NCBI GenBank assembly: GCA_017829005.1 | Contig: JAGAJF010000148.1 | Location: 838-64,837, forward strand | Direction of reading: 5' to 3' | Source: Oscillospiraceae bacterium | GTDB taxonomy: Bacteria > Bacillota > Clostridia > Oscillospirales > Ruminococcaceae | Length of the DNA stretch: 64,000 bases | Shown here: piece by piece, positions 38,982-48,649 of the stretch | How the letters are laid out: each line of letters opens with the position of its first letter | Numbering within the stretch: position 1 is the stretch's first letter | Position numbers and translations under genes: made by a program | Notes under the pieces: generated by a model | Told to the model about the DNA's origin: nothing | The model's input: only the letters and a program-made list of their open reading frames with translations | The model's database searches: none

Positions 38982-39028
38982 GAACGTTTGTTCTTATATA
39001 TTATAGCATATTTGTTCTGATTTGTCAA
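38982..39028 (-). promoter_or_regulatory. Consensus minus-strand promoter with a LexA (Cheo) box at +1, pointing into argF
   Basis: TTGACA(39028-23)-17-TATAAT(39005-00) with TGn; GAAC-N4-GTTC at 38982-38993. Confidence 0.7.
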
Positions 39029-39137
39029 GCCCCCCGAAGAAATATTTTGTATTTCCTCGGGGGAATTTTCCTTTTATCATAACACTTGACAACAATTCCT
39101 ATAAATGATAAAAAAATTAACCGAAAGGAAGTAAACT

Positions 39138-40286
39138 ATGAATATCCATAAGCTTTTGGCTCTTGTATGCGCAGGAGCAATGTCAATGGCAATGAGCGCC
39201 TGCGGAGGAGAGAAGGCAGACCCAATACAGACCTATATCCCATCATCGGAAAACGTGAAGCCTCTTGGCAGAACAATGCTCACCGATGATATGCTCTGGC
39301 TTGCTTTCTCAGGCTCGGGAGCCGAGTTTACCGTAAGCGGCACAAGGGCAGAGATAGTCATTGCAGGAGATGACAGCGCCGAAAAGCCCGACAACGAGGA
39401 CGATAAGGCGAGAATTGCAGTATACGTTAACGGTGAGAGGGTGGTTGACGATATGATAGACCACGCCGAGGAAACATATACCGTTTTTGAAAGCGAAACA
39501 CCGGAAGAATGTGATATAAAAATAGTCAAGCTGTCCGAGACAGCAATGTCCACCTGTGCAGTCAAGTCAATAACGGTGGAGGGCGGCGAGATAAAGCCCG
39601 GGGAGAAAAAGGAGCATTTCATTGAATTTGTGGGCGACTCCATCACCTGCGGCTATGGCGTTGACGATGAAGTAAAGGAACACCACTTCTCAACCAAGAC
39701 CGAGGACGTGACCAAGACCTATGCCTACAAGACAGCCGAAAATCTGAATGCAGACTACAGTATGGTATCCATCAGCGGCTATGGCGTTATTTCAGGCTAT
39801 TCCGACGGCAAGAAAAAGGTTGCAAACCAGCAGCTTCCCAAGTATTACACCAAGCTTGGAAATTCCTACAGCACATTCAGGGGCAAAAAGGTCAGCTCTG
39901 AAAGCTGGGATTTCACAGGCTATACTCCCGATGTTATAGTTGTAAATCTGGGAACAAATGACGAATCCTACACCAAAAACAAGGAGGACAGGGTCAAGGA
40001 TTACACCGATTCATACGTGGAATTTCTAAAGACTATCCGTTCAAACAACCCTGACTCGCAGATAATATGCACCCTTGGAATAATGGGCAACGGACTTTAC
40101 CCCTCCGTTGAGCAGGCGGTTCAGACCTACACCGAGGAAACGGGCGATACAAAGGTCTGCGCAATGCCCTTTGACGTACAGTCTCCCGATGACGGCTATG
40201 CCGCAGACTGGCACCCCACCGATGCGACCCACACAAAGGCAGCAGAAAAGCTCACTGCTCAGATAAAGGAAACAATGGGTTGGTAA
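39138..40286 (+). CDS. SGNH/GDSL esterase lipoprotein (CE2 acetylxylan esterase-like)
   Basis: Lipobox MSAC; FVGDSITCG, NLGTND, DWHP; CE2-type N-terminal beta domain. Confidence 0.85.
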   Translation: MNIHKLLALVCAGAMSMAMSACGGEKADPIQTYIPSSENVKPLGRTMLTDDMLWLAFSGSGAEFTVSGTRAEIVIAGDDSAEKPDNEDDKARIAVYVNGERVVDDMIDHAEETYTVFESETPEECDIKIVKLSETAMSTCAVKSITVEGGEIKPGEKKEHFIEFVGDSITCGYGVDDEVKEHHFSTKTEDVTKTYAYKTAENLNADYSMVSISGYGVISGYSDGKKKVANQQLPKYYTKLGNSYSTFRGKKVSSESWDFTGYTPDVIVVNLGTNDESYTKNKEDRVKDYTDSYVEFLKTIRSNNPDSQIICTLGIMGNGLYPSVEQAVQTYTEETGDTKVCAMPFDVQSPDDGYAADWHPTDATHTKAAEKLTAQIKETMGW

Positions 40287-40346
40287 ATAAAAAAAGAAAG
40301 TCCCCTCAGCCGCAGGATATACAGCTGGGGGGAATTTTCTGTTATA

Positions 40347-41729
40347 TCAATACTCAAGCTTCTTGTCAATATAATTGATAAGCTCGTCTATCTTAACTCT
40401 CTCCTGAGCCATAGTGTCTCTGTCACGAACGGTAACGCAGCCGTCCTCGAGAGAATCAAAATCAAAGGTAATGCAGAAGGGTGTGCCTATTTCGTCCTGA
40501 CGGCGGTAACGCTTGCCAATCTGACCTGCCTCGTCATATTCAACGTTCCACTTCTTTGCAAGCTTGGTGTAAAGCTCAATAGCAGGCTCCTTGAGCTTCT
40601 TTGTAAGAGGAAGTACAGCAGCCTTAACGGGTGCAAGAGCGGGGTGGAGGTGCATAACTGTTCTTACGTCGGACTTGTCGCCCTCGCCAATCTCCTCCTC
40701 GTCATATGCCTCGCAGACAATGGTGAGGAAAAGTCTCTCAACGCCGAGAGAAGGCTCGATAACGTAGGGAACGTACTTCTCGTTTGTCTCGGGGTCGAAA
40801 TATTCCATAGACTTGCCGCTTGTTTTCATATGCTGAGTCAGGTCATAGTCGGTTCTGTCCGCAATGCCCCACAGCTCGCCCCAGCCGAAGGGGAAGAGGT
40901 ACTCAAAGTCGGTAGTTGCCTTGGAGTAGAAGCAAAGCTCCTCGGGGGAGTGGTCACGAAGTCTCAGGTGATCTTCCTTGATGCCCAGACCGAGAAGGAA
41001 GTCCTTGCAGTAGCTTCTCCAGTACTGGAACCACTCAAGATCTGTGCCGGGCTTGCAGAAGAACTCAAGCTCCATCTGCTCGAACTCTCTTACACGGAAG
41101 ATGAAGTTGCCGGGAGTGATCTCGTTTCTGAAGGATTTGCCCACCTGTCCAACGCCGAAGGGAACCTTTTTGCGGGTAGTTCTCTGAATGTTGTTGAAGT
41201 TTACGAAAATACCCTGAGCGGTCTCGGGACGGAGATAAAGCTCAGCCTTGGAGTCCTCGGTAACGCCCTGGAAGGTCTTGAACATCAGATTGAACTGACG
41301 GATATCGGTAAAGTTCTTCTTGCCGCACTGAGGGCATACGATATTGTTTTTGTCGATATATTCGAGCATCTGCTGATTTGTCCAGCCGGCAACGTTTGTG
41401 CCGTCAAAATCCTCAATAAGCTTATCTGCACGGTGACGGGTCTTGCACTCCTTGCAGTCCATAAGGGGGTCGGAGAAACCGCCGATATGACCCGAAGCCA
41501 CCCAGGTCTGAGGATTCATAAGGATAGCCGAGTCAAGACCAACATTGTAAGGGCTTTCCTGAACGAACTTCTTGAGCCACGCCTTTTTGATGTTGTTCTT
41601 AAGCTCAACGCCGAGAGGACCGTAGTCCCAGGTGTTTGCAAGACCGCCGTAGATCTCGCTTCCGGGATATACAAAGCCTCTGCCCTTACAGAGAGCCACG
41701 ATCTTGTCCATAGTTTTTTCAACAGCCAT
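40347..41729 (-). CDS. glyQS: Glycine--tRNA ligase (alpha2 type)
   Basis: [36 protein letters not shown]. Confidence 0.97.
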   Translation of the reverse strand: MAVEKTMDKIVALCKGRGFVYPGSEIYGGLANTWDYGPLGVELKNNIKKAWLKKFVQESPYNVGLDSAILMNPQTWVASGHIGGFSDPLMDCKECKTRHRADKLIEDFDGTNVAGWTNQQMLEYIDKNNIVCPQCGKKNFTDIRQFNLMFKTFQGVTEDSKAELYLRPETAQGIFVNFNNIQRTTRKKVPFGVGQVGKSFRNEITPGNFIFRVREFEQMELEFFCKPGTDLEWFQYWRSYCKDFLLGLGIKEDHLRLRDHSPEELCFYSKATTDFEYLFPFGWGELWGIADRTDYDLTQHMKTSGKSMEYFDPETNEKYVPYVIEPSLGVERLFLTIVCEAYDEEEIGEGDKSDVRTVMHLHPALAPVKAAVLPLTKKLKEPAIELYTKLAKKWNVEYDEAGQIGKRYRRQDEIGTPFCITFDFDSLEDGCVTVRDRDTMAQERVKIDELINYIDKKLEY

Positions 41730-41927
41730 TTTTTAAACCACCTTTTATATATTCCTGCCGAAGAGCGGCAGATATTTTCATAGTTATATTCTATTATATT
41801 CCATATCGGGGCTGTTGTCAAGTGATTTGGTTTATCTTTATCAAATATTGGCTTTGCATTGCAAAAAAAGCGGCAAGACTGTTGCAGTCCTCAAATATAA
41901 TCTGAGAACTGCAAAATAAATTAAATT

Positions 41928-42455
41928 TTACAAATATTCACGCACTTTTTTGCTTACAAATCTTTCTCTTGGCTTACCTGTTCCAATTTCATTCCATGGC
42001 AAAGCAACGCCGTAATCTTCGCTGTATTGTTCGTTCCAAAAAATCTCGGAATTTTCTGCAATTAATCCTGCGCCGCAATAAAAAACTCCGGATTCACCAA
42101 TAAAATCATACGCTCCGCCATCAAACTTAATTACCGGCAATATTTTTTCCTTTGTCAAGCCGCATAAGTTAAATTCAAATTTGTCTCTTTCATCATATTC
42201 ATCGTAAAATTCTAAAATTTCAGTAACATACGTTGTATGCCTTTCTTCATGATAGCTATTCATAAGCGTAAAAATATACTTATTTACAATATGCAGCTTT
42301 CCAAACTCCTCCATGAATTTCACGGCAGCATCAAAGGTCTGATACCCATGGCTTTCCCAAAATTCGATCTGGTCGGAAATATCCACTTTCCTACCGGGAT
42401 ACCAACCAGCTTTTCTCAATTGCTGCTCGGCTATTTGGTTTAGCATATCATTCAT
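41928..42455 (-). CDS. SUKH-3-family immunity protein (orphan)
   Basis: LRKAGWYPGRKVDI, KFMEEFG; AT-rich; own promoter at about 42499-42526. Confidence 0.75.
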   Translation of the reverse strand: MNDMLNQIAEQQLRKAGWYPGRKVDISDQIEFWESHGYQTFDAAVKFMEEFGKLHIVNKYIFTLMNSYHEERHTTYVTEILEFYDEYDERDKFEFNLCGLTKEKILPVIKFDGGAYDFIGESGVFYCGAGLIAENSEIFWNEQYSEDYGVALPWNEIGTGKPRERFVSKKVREYL

Positions 42456-42719
42456 CTCCCCGTCTGATAATAATAGCTGAAATATAGTGCTGTTTACATT
42501 ATAATAAAAAATAATTTATCAGTCAACAGCTTTTTACGGGAAAAGCCGAAAAATAATGCGGGATTTGATATGTACGCTTTACAAAACAATAAAATCTCCC
42601 GAAATTTTGCACTCCCAGCGAAAAACACTTGCAAAACCGCAAAATATATGGTATAATAATTAGGTATTATTGTCTGTGGCTTGTCCGCAGCGAAAAATCA
42701 AGAGAAAAGAGGAACTTAT

Positions 42720-42998
42720 ATGGAGCTTGATATGGTCAAATACCTTGCAAAGCTTGGAAAGCTGAGCTTCACCGATGAGGAGCTTGAGCAGGCTGTCAAG
42801 GATATGACAAGCATTATCGAAATAATGGATACCATCAAGGAAATAGACATTGCCTACGACCCTCTCAAGGACAATCACAACGTTTATCTTAAAGATCTCA
42901 GAAAGGACGAGGCTAAGCCCTCTCTCCCCACCGAAAAGCTTTTGCAGAACGCCGTACAGAGCGAGAACTGCTTTGTAGTGCCCAAGGTCGTTGAATAA
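42720..42998 (+). CDS. gatC: Asp/Glu-tRNA amidotransferase subunit C
   Basis: YLAKLGKL, LRKDE, FVVPKVVE. Confidence 0.93.
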   Translation: MELDMVKYLAKLGKLSFTDEELEQAVKDMTSIIEIMDTIKEIDIAYDPLKDNHNVYLKDLRKDEAKPSLPTEKLLQNAVQSENCFVVPKVVE

Positions 42999-43018
42999 AA
43001 ATTAAGGAGTTGTGTTTA

Positions 43019-44470
43019 ATGGAAGTAACTTCCCTTACCATAAAGGAAATGCGCAGCAAGCTTGACAAGAAGGAAATTTCCTCCCCCGAGCTTACAAAGG
43101 CATACCTTGACAGGATAAAGGCTGTGGACGGAAGCCTTGAGAGCTACATCACCGTCACCGAAAGCGAAGCTATGACTGCTGCCGAAGCGGCTCAGAAGAA
43201 AATTGACGCCGGAAACGCTTCACCTCTCTGCGGAATACCCCTTGCCATCAAGGACAATATCTGCACAGACGGCGTAAAGACCACCTGCGCTTCAAAAATG
43301 CTTGAGAATTTCATTCCTCCCTACAACGCTACCGTTATGGAGAAGCTTGAAGCCGAGAATATCGTAATGCTGGGCAAGACCTCTATGGACGAGTTCGCAA
43401 TGGGCGGCTCTACCCAGACCTCCGCATTCAAGAAAACTAAAAACCCCTATGACCTGACAAGAGTTCCCGGCGGTTCTTCCGGCGGCTCCGCTTCGGCTGT
43501 GGGCGCAGACCTTTGTGCTGCGGCTCTCGGCTCTGATACAGGCGGATCTATCCGTCAGCCCTCCTCCTTCTGCGGAGTTACGGGACTCAAGCCTACCTAC
43601 GGCAGAGTTTCCCGTTACGGTCTTGTGGCATTCGCAAGCTCACTTGACCAGATAGGTCCTATTGCAAGAAGCGCCGAGGACTGCGGAATTATTCTTAATG
43701 CCATTGCAGGCTACGACCCCCACGACGGCACAGTTTCCAAAAATCCCGTTGATGATTATACATCAAAGATCGGTATGGATATGAAGGGCGTCAAGATCGC
43801 CGTTCCTGCGGAATTTTATGCAGAGGGCATTGACGATGTGGTAAGAAAGACCGTTCTTGCTGCGGCTGACAAGTACAAGGAAATGGGTGCAGAGCTTGTT
43901 GAATGCTCAATGCCTTCTCTGAAATATGCCGTTGCCGCATACTACCTCATTTCTTCCGCAGAGGCTTCCTCAAACCTTTCCCGTTATGACGGAATAAAGT
44001 ACGGTCACAGAAGCGATATTGCAGGCAACTACAACGAGCTTGTGACCGCTTCAAGAAGCGAGGGCTTCGGCGACGAGGTCAAGAGACGTATCCTCCTGGG
44101 AAACTACGCTCTCTGCTCGGGCTACTATGACGCATACTACGGCAAGGCTATGGCTCTCAAGCAGAAGATCAGAGAGGAATATGGCGAGATATTCGAGAAA
44201 TGCGATATGATACTCACTCCCACCGCTCCTACCGTTGCATACGGCGTGAACGAGAATATCGACGACCCCAAGAAGATGTATCAGGCAGATATCTGCACCG
44301 TTACAGTTAACATCGCTTCTCTTCCTGCAATTTCCACCACCTGCGGCTATGACGAAAAGGGTATGCCCATCGGTATGTCACTTATCGGCAGAATGTGGGA
44401 CGAGGCTTCCATTATCGGTGCCGCAGACGCATTTGAAAAGAATTTCAGCCGCATTGCGGCAAAAATATGA
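43019..44470 (+). CDS. gatA: Asp/Glu-tRNA amidotransferase subunit A
   Basis: IKDNI, GGSSGGS, SDTGGSIRQP. Confidence 0.97.
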   Translation: MEVTSLTIKEMRSKLDKKEISSPELTKAYLDRIKAVDGSLESYITVTESEAMTAAEAAQKKIDAGNASPLCGIPLAIKDNICTDGVKTTCASKMLENFIPPYNATVMEKLEAENIVMLGKTSMDEFAMGGSTQTSAFKKTKNPYDLTRVPGGSSGGSASAVGADLCAAALGSDTGGSIRQPSSFCGVTGLKPTYGRVSRYGLVAFASSLDQIGPIARSAEDCGIILNAIAGYDPHDGTVSKNPVDDYTSKIGMDMKGVKIAVPAEFYAEGIDDVVRKTVLAAADKYKEMGAELVECSMPSLKYAVAAYYLISSAEASSNLSRYDGIKYGHRSDIAGNYNELVTASRSEGFGDEVKRRILLGNYALCSGYYDAYYGKAMALKQKIREEYGEIFEKCDMILTPTAPTVAYGVNENIDDPKKMYQADICTVTVNIASLPAISTTCGYDEKGMPIGMSLIGRMWDEASIIGAADAFEKNFSRIAAKI

Positions 44471-44491
44471 TCAGAAAGGGTGAATGAAGCT

Positions 44492-45943
44492 ATGTCAGTA
44501 TCAGATTACATTCCCGTTATCGGTCTTGAAATACACTCGGAGCTGCTTACCAATTCAAAGGTATTCTGCACCTGCTCCGCTGAATTCGGCGGCGACAGAA
44601 ATACCCGCTGTTGCCCCGTTTGCTCGGGTATGCCCGGAACTCTTCCCGTTATCAATCAGACTGCTGTTGAATATGCGGTAAGAGCAGGCTATGCTTTAAA
44701 CTGCGACATCAATAAATTCTCCGTTTTCGACAGAAAGAACTACTTCTATCCCGATCTCCCCAAGGCGTATCAGATATCCCAGATGCCCCTTCCTCTGTGC
44801 ATTAACGGCTCTGTGCCCATCGAGTACGAGGAGAACGGCGAGAAGAAGCAGAAAACTATCCGCATCAACCGTATCCACCTTGAAGAGGACGCAGGAAAGC
44901 TTATCCACGATGATTTGAACGGCGTTTCCCTCTGCGACTACAACCGCTGCGGAATACCCCTTATCGAGATAGTTACCGAGCCCGATATGTCCTCTCCCGA
45001 GGAGGCAAGGACTCTCGTTGAGACTATTGCACTTCTGCTCCAGTATTCGGGCGTTTCCGACTGTAAGATGGAGCAGGGCTCTATCCGTGCGGACGTTAAC
45101 ATCTCCCTTATGAAAAAGGGCGACACCGAGTTCGGCACAAGAGCCGAGATAAAGAACGTTAACTCCCTCAAGTCCATTTACCGTACCATTGAGTTTGAGA
45201 TAAAGCGTCAGGCGCAGATACTCGACCGTGGCGGCAAGGTAGTCCAGGAGACAAGACGTTTTGACGCAAACCGCGGCGAAACCAAGTCTATGAGAACCAA
45301 AGAGGATGCTCACGATTACAAATATTTCCCCGACCCCGATATCCTGCAGGTAAACTTCTATGACGAGGACCTTGAGAGGATAAAGAATTCTCTCCCTGAA
45401 ATGCCCAAGGACAGACTTGCAAAATATATCGGCTTCGGCATTCCCGAGAAGGAAGCAAAGGTCATCGTCAACACCAAGAAGATATCCGACCTCTTTGAGG
45501 AAGCGCTTAAATGCTACAATAATCCCAAGTCTCTCGTGAACTTCATCAACGGCGAGATAATGAGACGTATGAACTTAGGCGAGATAGACATTGACAAGCC
45601 CATGTTCACCGCCGCAGATATCGCAAAGCTGGTGGAGATGTCCGACACCGACAAGGTAACAAAGAACGATGCTAAGGAAATTTTCCGTGAAATGGCTGAA
45701 AAGGGCGGCGACCCCGAGGCTATCGCAAAGCGTGAGGGTATGCTCATTGTCAGCGATACGGGCAAGGTGCTTGAGGTCATCGAAAAGGTGCTTGCCGCAA
45801 ACGAAAAGGCTGTTAATCAGTACAAGGGCGGCGACGTCAAGGTATTCGGTTTCCTTATGGGACAGTGCAACAAGGAGCTGAGAGGTGCGGCTACTCCCAA
45901 GGTAGTCAAGGAAGAGCTTGAGAAGAAACTCAAGTCGCTTTGA
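44492..45943 (+). CDS. gatB: Asp/Glu-tRNA amidotransferase subunit B
   Basis: GLEIHSEL, YFYPDLPKAYQISQ, HLEEDAGK, YKYFPDPD. Confidence 0.97.
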   Translation: MSVSDYIPVIGLEIHSELLTNSKVFCTCSAEFGGDRNTRCCPVCSGMPGTLPVINQTAVEYAVRAGYALNCDINKFSVFDRKNYFYPDLPKAYQISQMPLPLCINGSVPIEYEENGEKKQKTIRINRIHLEEDAGKLIHDDLNGVSLCDYNRCGIPLIEIVTEPDMSSPEEARTLVETIALLLQYSGVSDCKMEQGSIRADVNISLMKKGDTEFGTRAEIKNVNSLKSIYRTIEFEIKRQAQILDRGGKVVQETRRFDANRGETKSMRTKEDAHDYKYFPDPDILQVNFYDEDLERIKNSLPEMPKDRLAKYIGFGIPEKEAKVIVNTKKISDLFEEALKCYNNPKSLVNFINGEIMRRMNLGEIDIDKPMFTAADIAKLVEMSDTDKVTKNDAKEIFREMAEKGGDPEAIAKREGMLIVSDTGKVLEVIEKVLAANEKAVNQYKGGDVKVFGFLMGQCNKELRGAATPKVVKEELEKKLKSL

Positions 45944-46046
45944 TATCAGAATAAATAATTTTTTAGGGGGACGTTTTCGTCTCCCTATTTTTTTGCTTGA
46001 ATTTTTATGCGTTATGTGTTATACTAAAGAAAAGGGAGGCATGGCT

Positions 46047-46886
46047 ATGGGACGTGACGTTGTATCGGCAAAGCTTGATGTGATATTCAAGAAAATTTTT
46101 ACGGAAAACAGGGATATGCTCCACGATTTTATCTCGGCAATTCTTGATATTCCCAGCGAAAAAATTACAGAAATAACCATAACAAATCCCGAGCTTCCGC
46201 CCGAGAGCGCTTTGGGAAAATTCAGCAGGCTTGACCTTAGTTTAAAAGTTGACGACAAGCTTGTGAATGTGGAAATTCAAGTAAAGGAACACGCCGATTA
46301 TCGTGACAGGACGCTATTTTACTGGGCGAAGCTTTACACCTCGGAGCTTAAAAGCGGCGAGGATTACGGCGACCTCAAGCAGACCATTGCAATTAACATC
46401 ATAAATTTCAATATGTTCGGCGGTGAGAACTACCATAATGAAGTTGTGACCACCATCAAGGACACGGGAGAAATTTTCTCGGATAAATTCTCCATTCATT
46501 TCTTTGAACTTAAAAAGATAAGCCGCAAGCCAAACCCCAAAAACAGGAAGGAGCTGTGGCTGCAGTATATCAATGCCGACAAGGAGGAGGAGCTTGCTAT
46601 GATCGAAAATACCAATGTGCCTATAATGCAGAAAGCGGTAAGAGTTATTTATGATATGAGTGAGGACACACGTGTCCGTGAGATAGCACGTATGCGTGAA
46701 AAGGCTCTCCACGACGAGGCTACTTATCTGAGAGAGGCAATGGAAAAGGGAATAGTTCAAGGCAGAGCTGAGGGCAGAGCTGAGGGCATAGCCGAGGGCA
46801 GAGCTGAAAGAGACGATGAGATCATTGCCCGAATGAAAGCAATAGGTTATTCAGACAATGATATTAAGAGTATTTTTGGCTTATGA
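46047..46886 (+). CDS. Rpn-family PD-(D/E)XK nuclease with an internal in-frame start at 46599
   Basis: LDVIFKKIF, RLDL...VNVEIQ, RTLFYWAKLY, GRAEG repeats; AAGGAGGAGGAG precedes internal ATG 46599. Confidence 0.9.
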   Translation: MGRDVVSAKLDVIFKKIFTENRDMLHDFISAILDIPSEKITEITITNPELPPESALGKFSRLDLSLKVDDKLVNVEIQVKEHADYRDRTLFYWAKLYTSELKSGEDYGDLKQTIAINIINFNMFGGENYHNEVVTTIKDTGEIFSDKFSIHFFELKKISRKPNPKNRKELWLQYINADKEEELAMIENTNVPIMQKAVRVIYDMSEDTRVREIARMREKALHDEATYLREAMEKGIVQGRAEGRAEGIAEGRAERDDEIIARMKAIGYSDNDIKSIFGL

Positions 46887-47119
46887 GTGAAGAAAAATTC
46901 AGAGTAATTTACGATACGAGCGAGAAAACGAGAATAAAGGAGCTTGCCCGTATGCGTGAAAAGGCTCTTCACGACGAGGCTACTTATCTGAGAGAGGCAA
47001 TGGAAAAGGGAATAGTTCAAGGCAGAGCCGAGGGTTTTGCTCTTGCAAAGGAAGGTTTTATTGCTAAGCTTAAAGCCAAAGGAATGACCGATTCGGAGAT
47101 TGCGGATTTTCTTGAATAA
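46883..47119 (+). CDS. Stand-alone paralog of the Rpn C-terminal domain (78 aa)
   Basis: ATGA overlap with Rpn; 46949-47034 matches 46689-46774 at 84/86 nt; divergent tail. Confidence 0.8.
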   Translation: MSEEKFRVIYDTSEKTRIKELARMREKALHDEATYLREAMEKGIVQGRAEGFALAKEGFIAKLKAKGMTDSEIADFLE

Positions 47120-47121
47120 CC

Positions 47122-47172
47122 AAAATATCTCCCCTTCATACCATAAAAGACGGTATGAAGGGGAGAATTTTA
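47122..47172. terminator. Bidirectional terminator
   Basis: tctccccttcatacc / ggtatgaaggggaga. Confidence 0.85.
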
Positions 47173-48057
47173 TTTATCCGTTTTAAGGCTGCTGCCCATA
47201 ATGTCCGAAACGTCCGTAATAGTTACAAAGGCTTTAGAGTCGTGCTTTGCAACGATGGCCTTGAGCTTTGCTATCTGGAAACGGTTCACCACAAAGTAAA
47301 TTATGGTCTGCTCCTTGCCCATGTAATAGCCGTGAGACTGAATGTGTGTTATGCCGTGACCGAAGGTCTCGGAAAGGTCCTCGCTTATCTCGTCCTTTTT
47401 GCTTGTGATTATCATAGCAGACTTTGCCTTGTCGAAGCCCTCGACGATAAAGTCAACGGTCTTGATGGCGGCGCAGTAGGTGATTATTGAGTAAAGAGGA
47501 AGGATAAAATCGCTCAGAATAGCGCCTGCTGTGATGTAAAGGACGGCATTATATATCATAACAAAGTTGCCCACCGTAAGACCCAGCCGCTTTGCAAATA
47601 TGACCGCCATAACTTCTATTCCGTCAATGGCACCGCCGAAGCGGATAGTGAGACCGCTGCCCACGCCCGAGATAAGTCCGCCGAAAATAGCGCACAAAAG
47701 CAGATCGTTTCCCGCAACAGGAGAGCCTGCGCTCAGGTCAAAGCCGCATAAATACGTGATTATGTAGGAGGCTGCCGAATACACAATGACCGCAAAGATG
47801 GAATAGACCGTAAAATGCATACCCTGCATTTTCGTTCCGAATATAAAAAGGGGAACGTTCAGGATAATGAGGAACACCGACATAGGTACCGCAGGGAGCA
47901 GCCTGCACATGAGCATCGAGGTTCCCGAAATTCCACTGTCGTAGAGGTGAACGGGGGCTAAAAACAGATTTACTCCAATGGCATTGATAATGCCTGCCGC
48001 AAGGAGCAATATGAAATTCACTGCCTTGAACTCGCCCAAAAAGCCTTTTGCTTTCAT
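47170..48057 (-). CDS. YitT-family membrane protein
   Basis: DSGISGTS, NVPLF, GGAIDGIE, AFVTITDV. Confidence 0.9.
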   Translation of the reverse strand: MKAKGFLGEFKAVNFILLLAAGIINAIGVNLFLAPVHLYDSGISGTSMLMCRLLPAVPMSVFLIILNVPLFIFGTKMQGMHFTVYSIFAVIVYSAASYIITYLCGFDLSAGSPVAGNDLLLCAIFGGLISGVGSGLTIRFGGAIDGIEVMAVIFAKRLGLTVGNFVMIYNAVLYITAGAILSDFILPLYSIITYCAAIKTVDFIVEGFDKAKSAMIITSKKDEISEDLSETFGHGITHIQSHGYYMGKEQTIIYFVVNRFQIAKLKAIVAKHDSKAFVTITDVSDIMGSSLKTDK

Positions 48058-48284
48058 AACATATACGCTCTCCTTTTCTTTGTTATTATAATTATAGTAT
48101 AATATATTCCGAAAATCTTGTCAATGCCAACGGGGATTGCATTTCAATTTTGTAGGATATCCTCAAAACACGCTGACAATGCGGCTTGAAATAGTGCAAG
48201 GCTATGATTTTAATGCATTTCACTTGAAAACTGTTTCCTGTGTGGTATAATTAGTATGACAATGTATGCATACAAGTCGAACAA

Positions 48285-48487
48285 TTTAATAAAGGCAAGC
48301 GGTGCCCCGGCGGGCTTTTCTGTCCGGTCCGGGGGTAAAAGGGAAACAGGTGAAAATCCTGTGCGATCTCGTCACCGTGATAAGGGAGCGAACGGGCAAA
48401 GCCTTGAAAAAAGGCAGTCACTGACCATAGCGGTCGGGAAGACGTCCCGTAAGTGCTGATCTTTAAGCCGGGAAACCTGCCGCTTGT
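48285..48487 (+). ncRNA. Cobalamin (AdoCbl) riboswitch
   Basis: GGTGCCC..AAAAGGGAAACAGGTGAAAATCCTGTGCGATCTCGTCACCGTGA, GTCACTG..GGGAAG, AAGCCGGGAAACCTGCCG; SD-sequestering hairpin cctccg/cggagg plus T tract before cbiK. Confidence 0.93.
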
Positions 48488-48649
48488 CTGTACAGAGTTT
48501 AAATACTCAAGATCACGAGGTATTGATCGTACATATCGGACACCGCCAAAAATTTTTTAAATGGCGGGGGTCTTGTTTGCTGTACCCTCTTTACGTATCG
48601 TAGGAGGGCATTTTTTGTCAATACCTCCGAAAAAACGGAGGAGTTTTTT

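Noticed and set aside
41730-41821. T-box leader expected for glyQS
   Set aside because: The promoter (TTGACA 41821-16, TATAAT 41798-93) leaves only about 57 nt of leader, with no T-box motif.
45918-46046. Longer N-terminus for Rpn from the ORF track, and similar extended starts for carD, DUF975, gatC and spmB
   Set aside because: The extensions overlap upstream genes, terminators or promoters; SD positions support the shorter starts given.
46047-46886. Rpn as an active transposase or IS element
   Set aside because: No terminal inverted repeats or target duplications are visible; the family's transposase label is historical and the TA/defence reading fits the internal start better.
48494-48508. 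15-mer AGAGTTTAAATACTC shared between the riboswitch leader and the type I toxin leader (55128-55114)
   Set aside because: A single 15-nt match somewhere in 64 kb on two strands is roughly expected by chance, and the flanks do not align.
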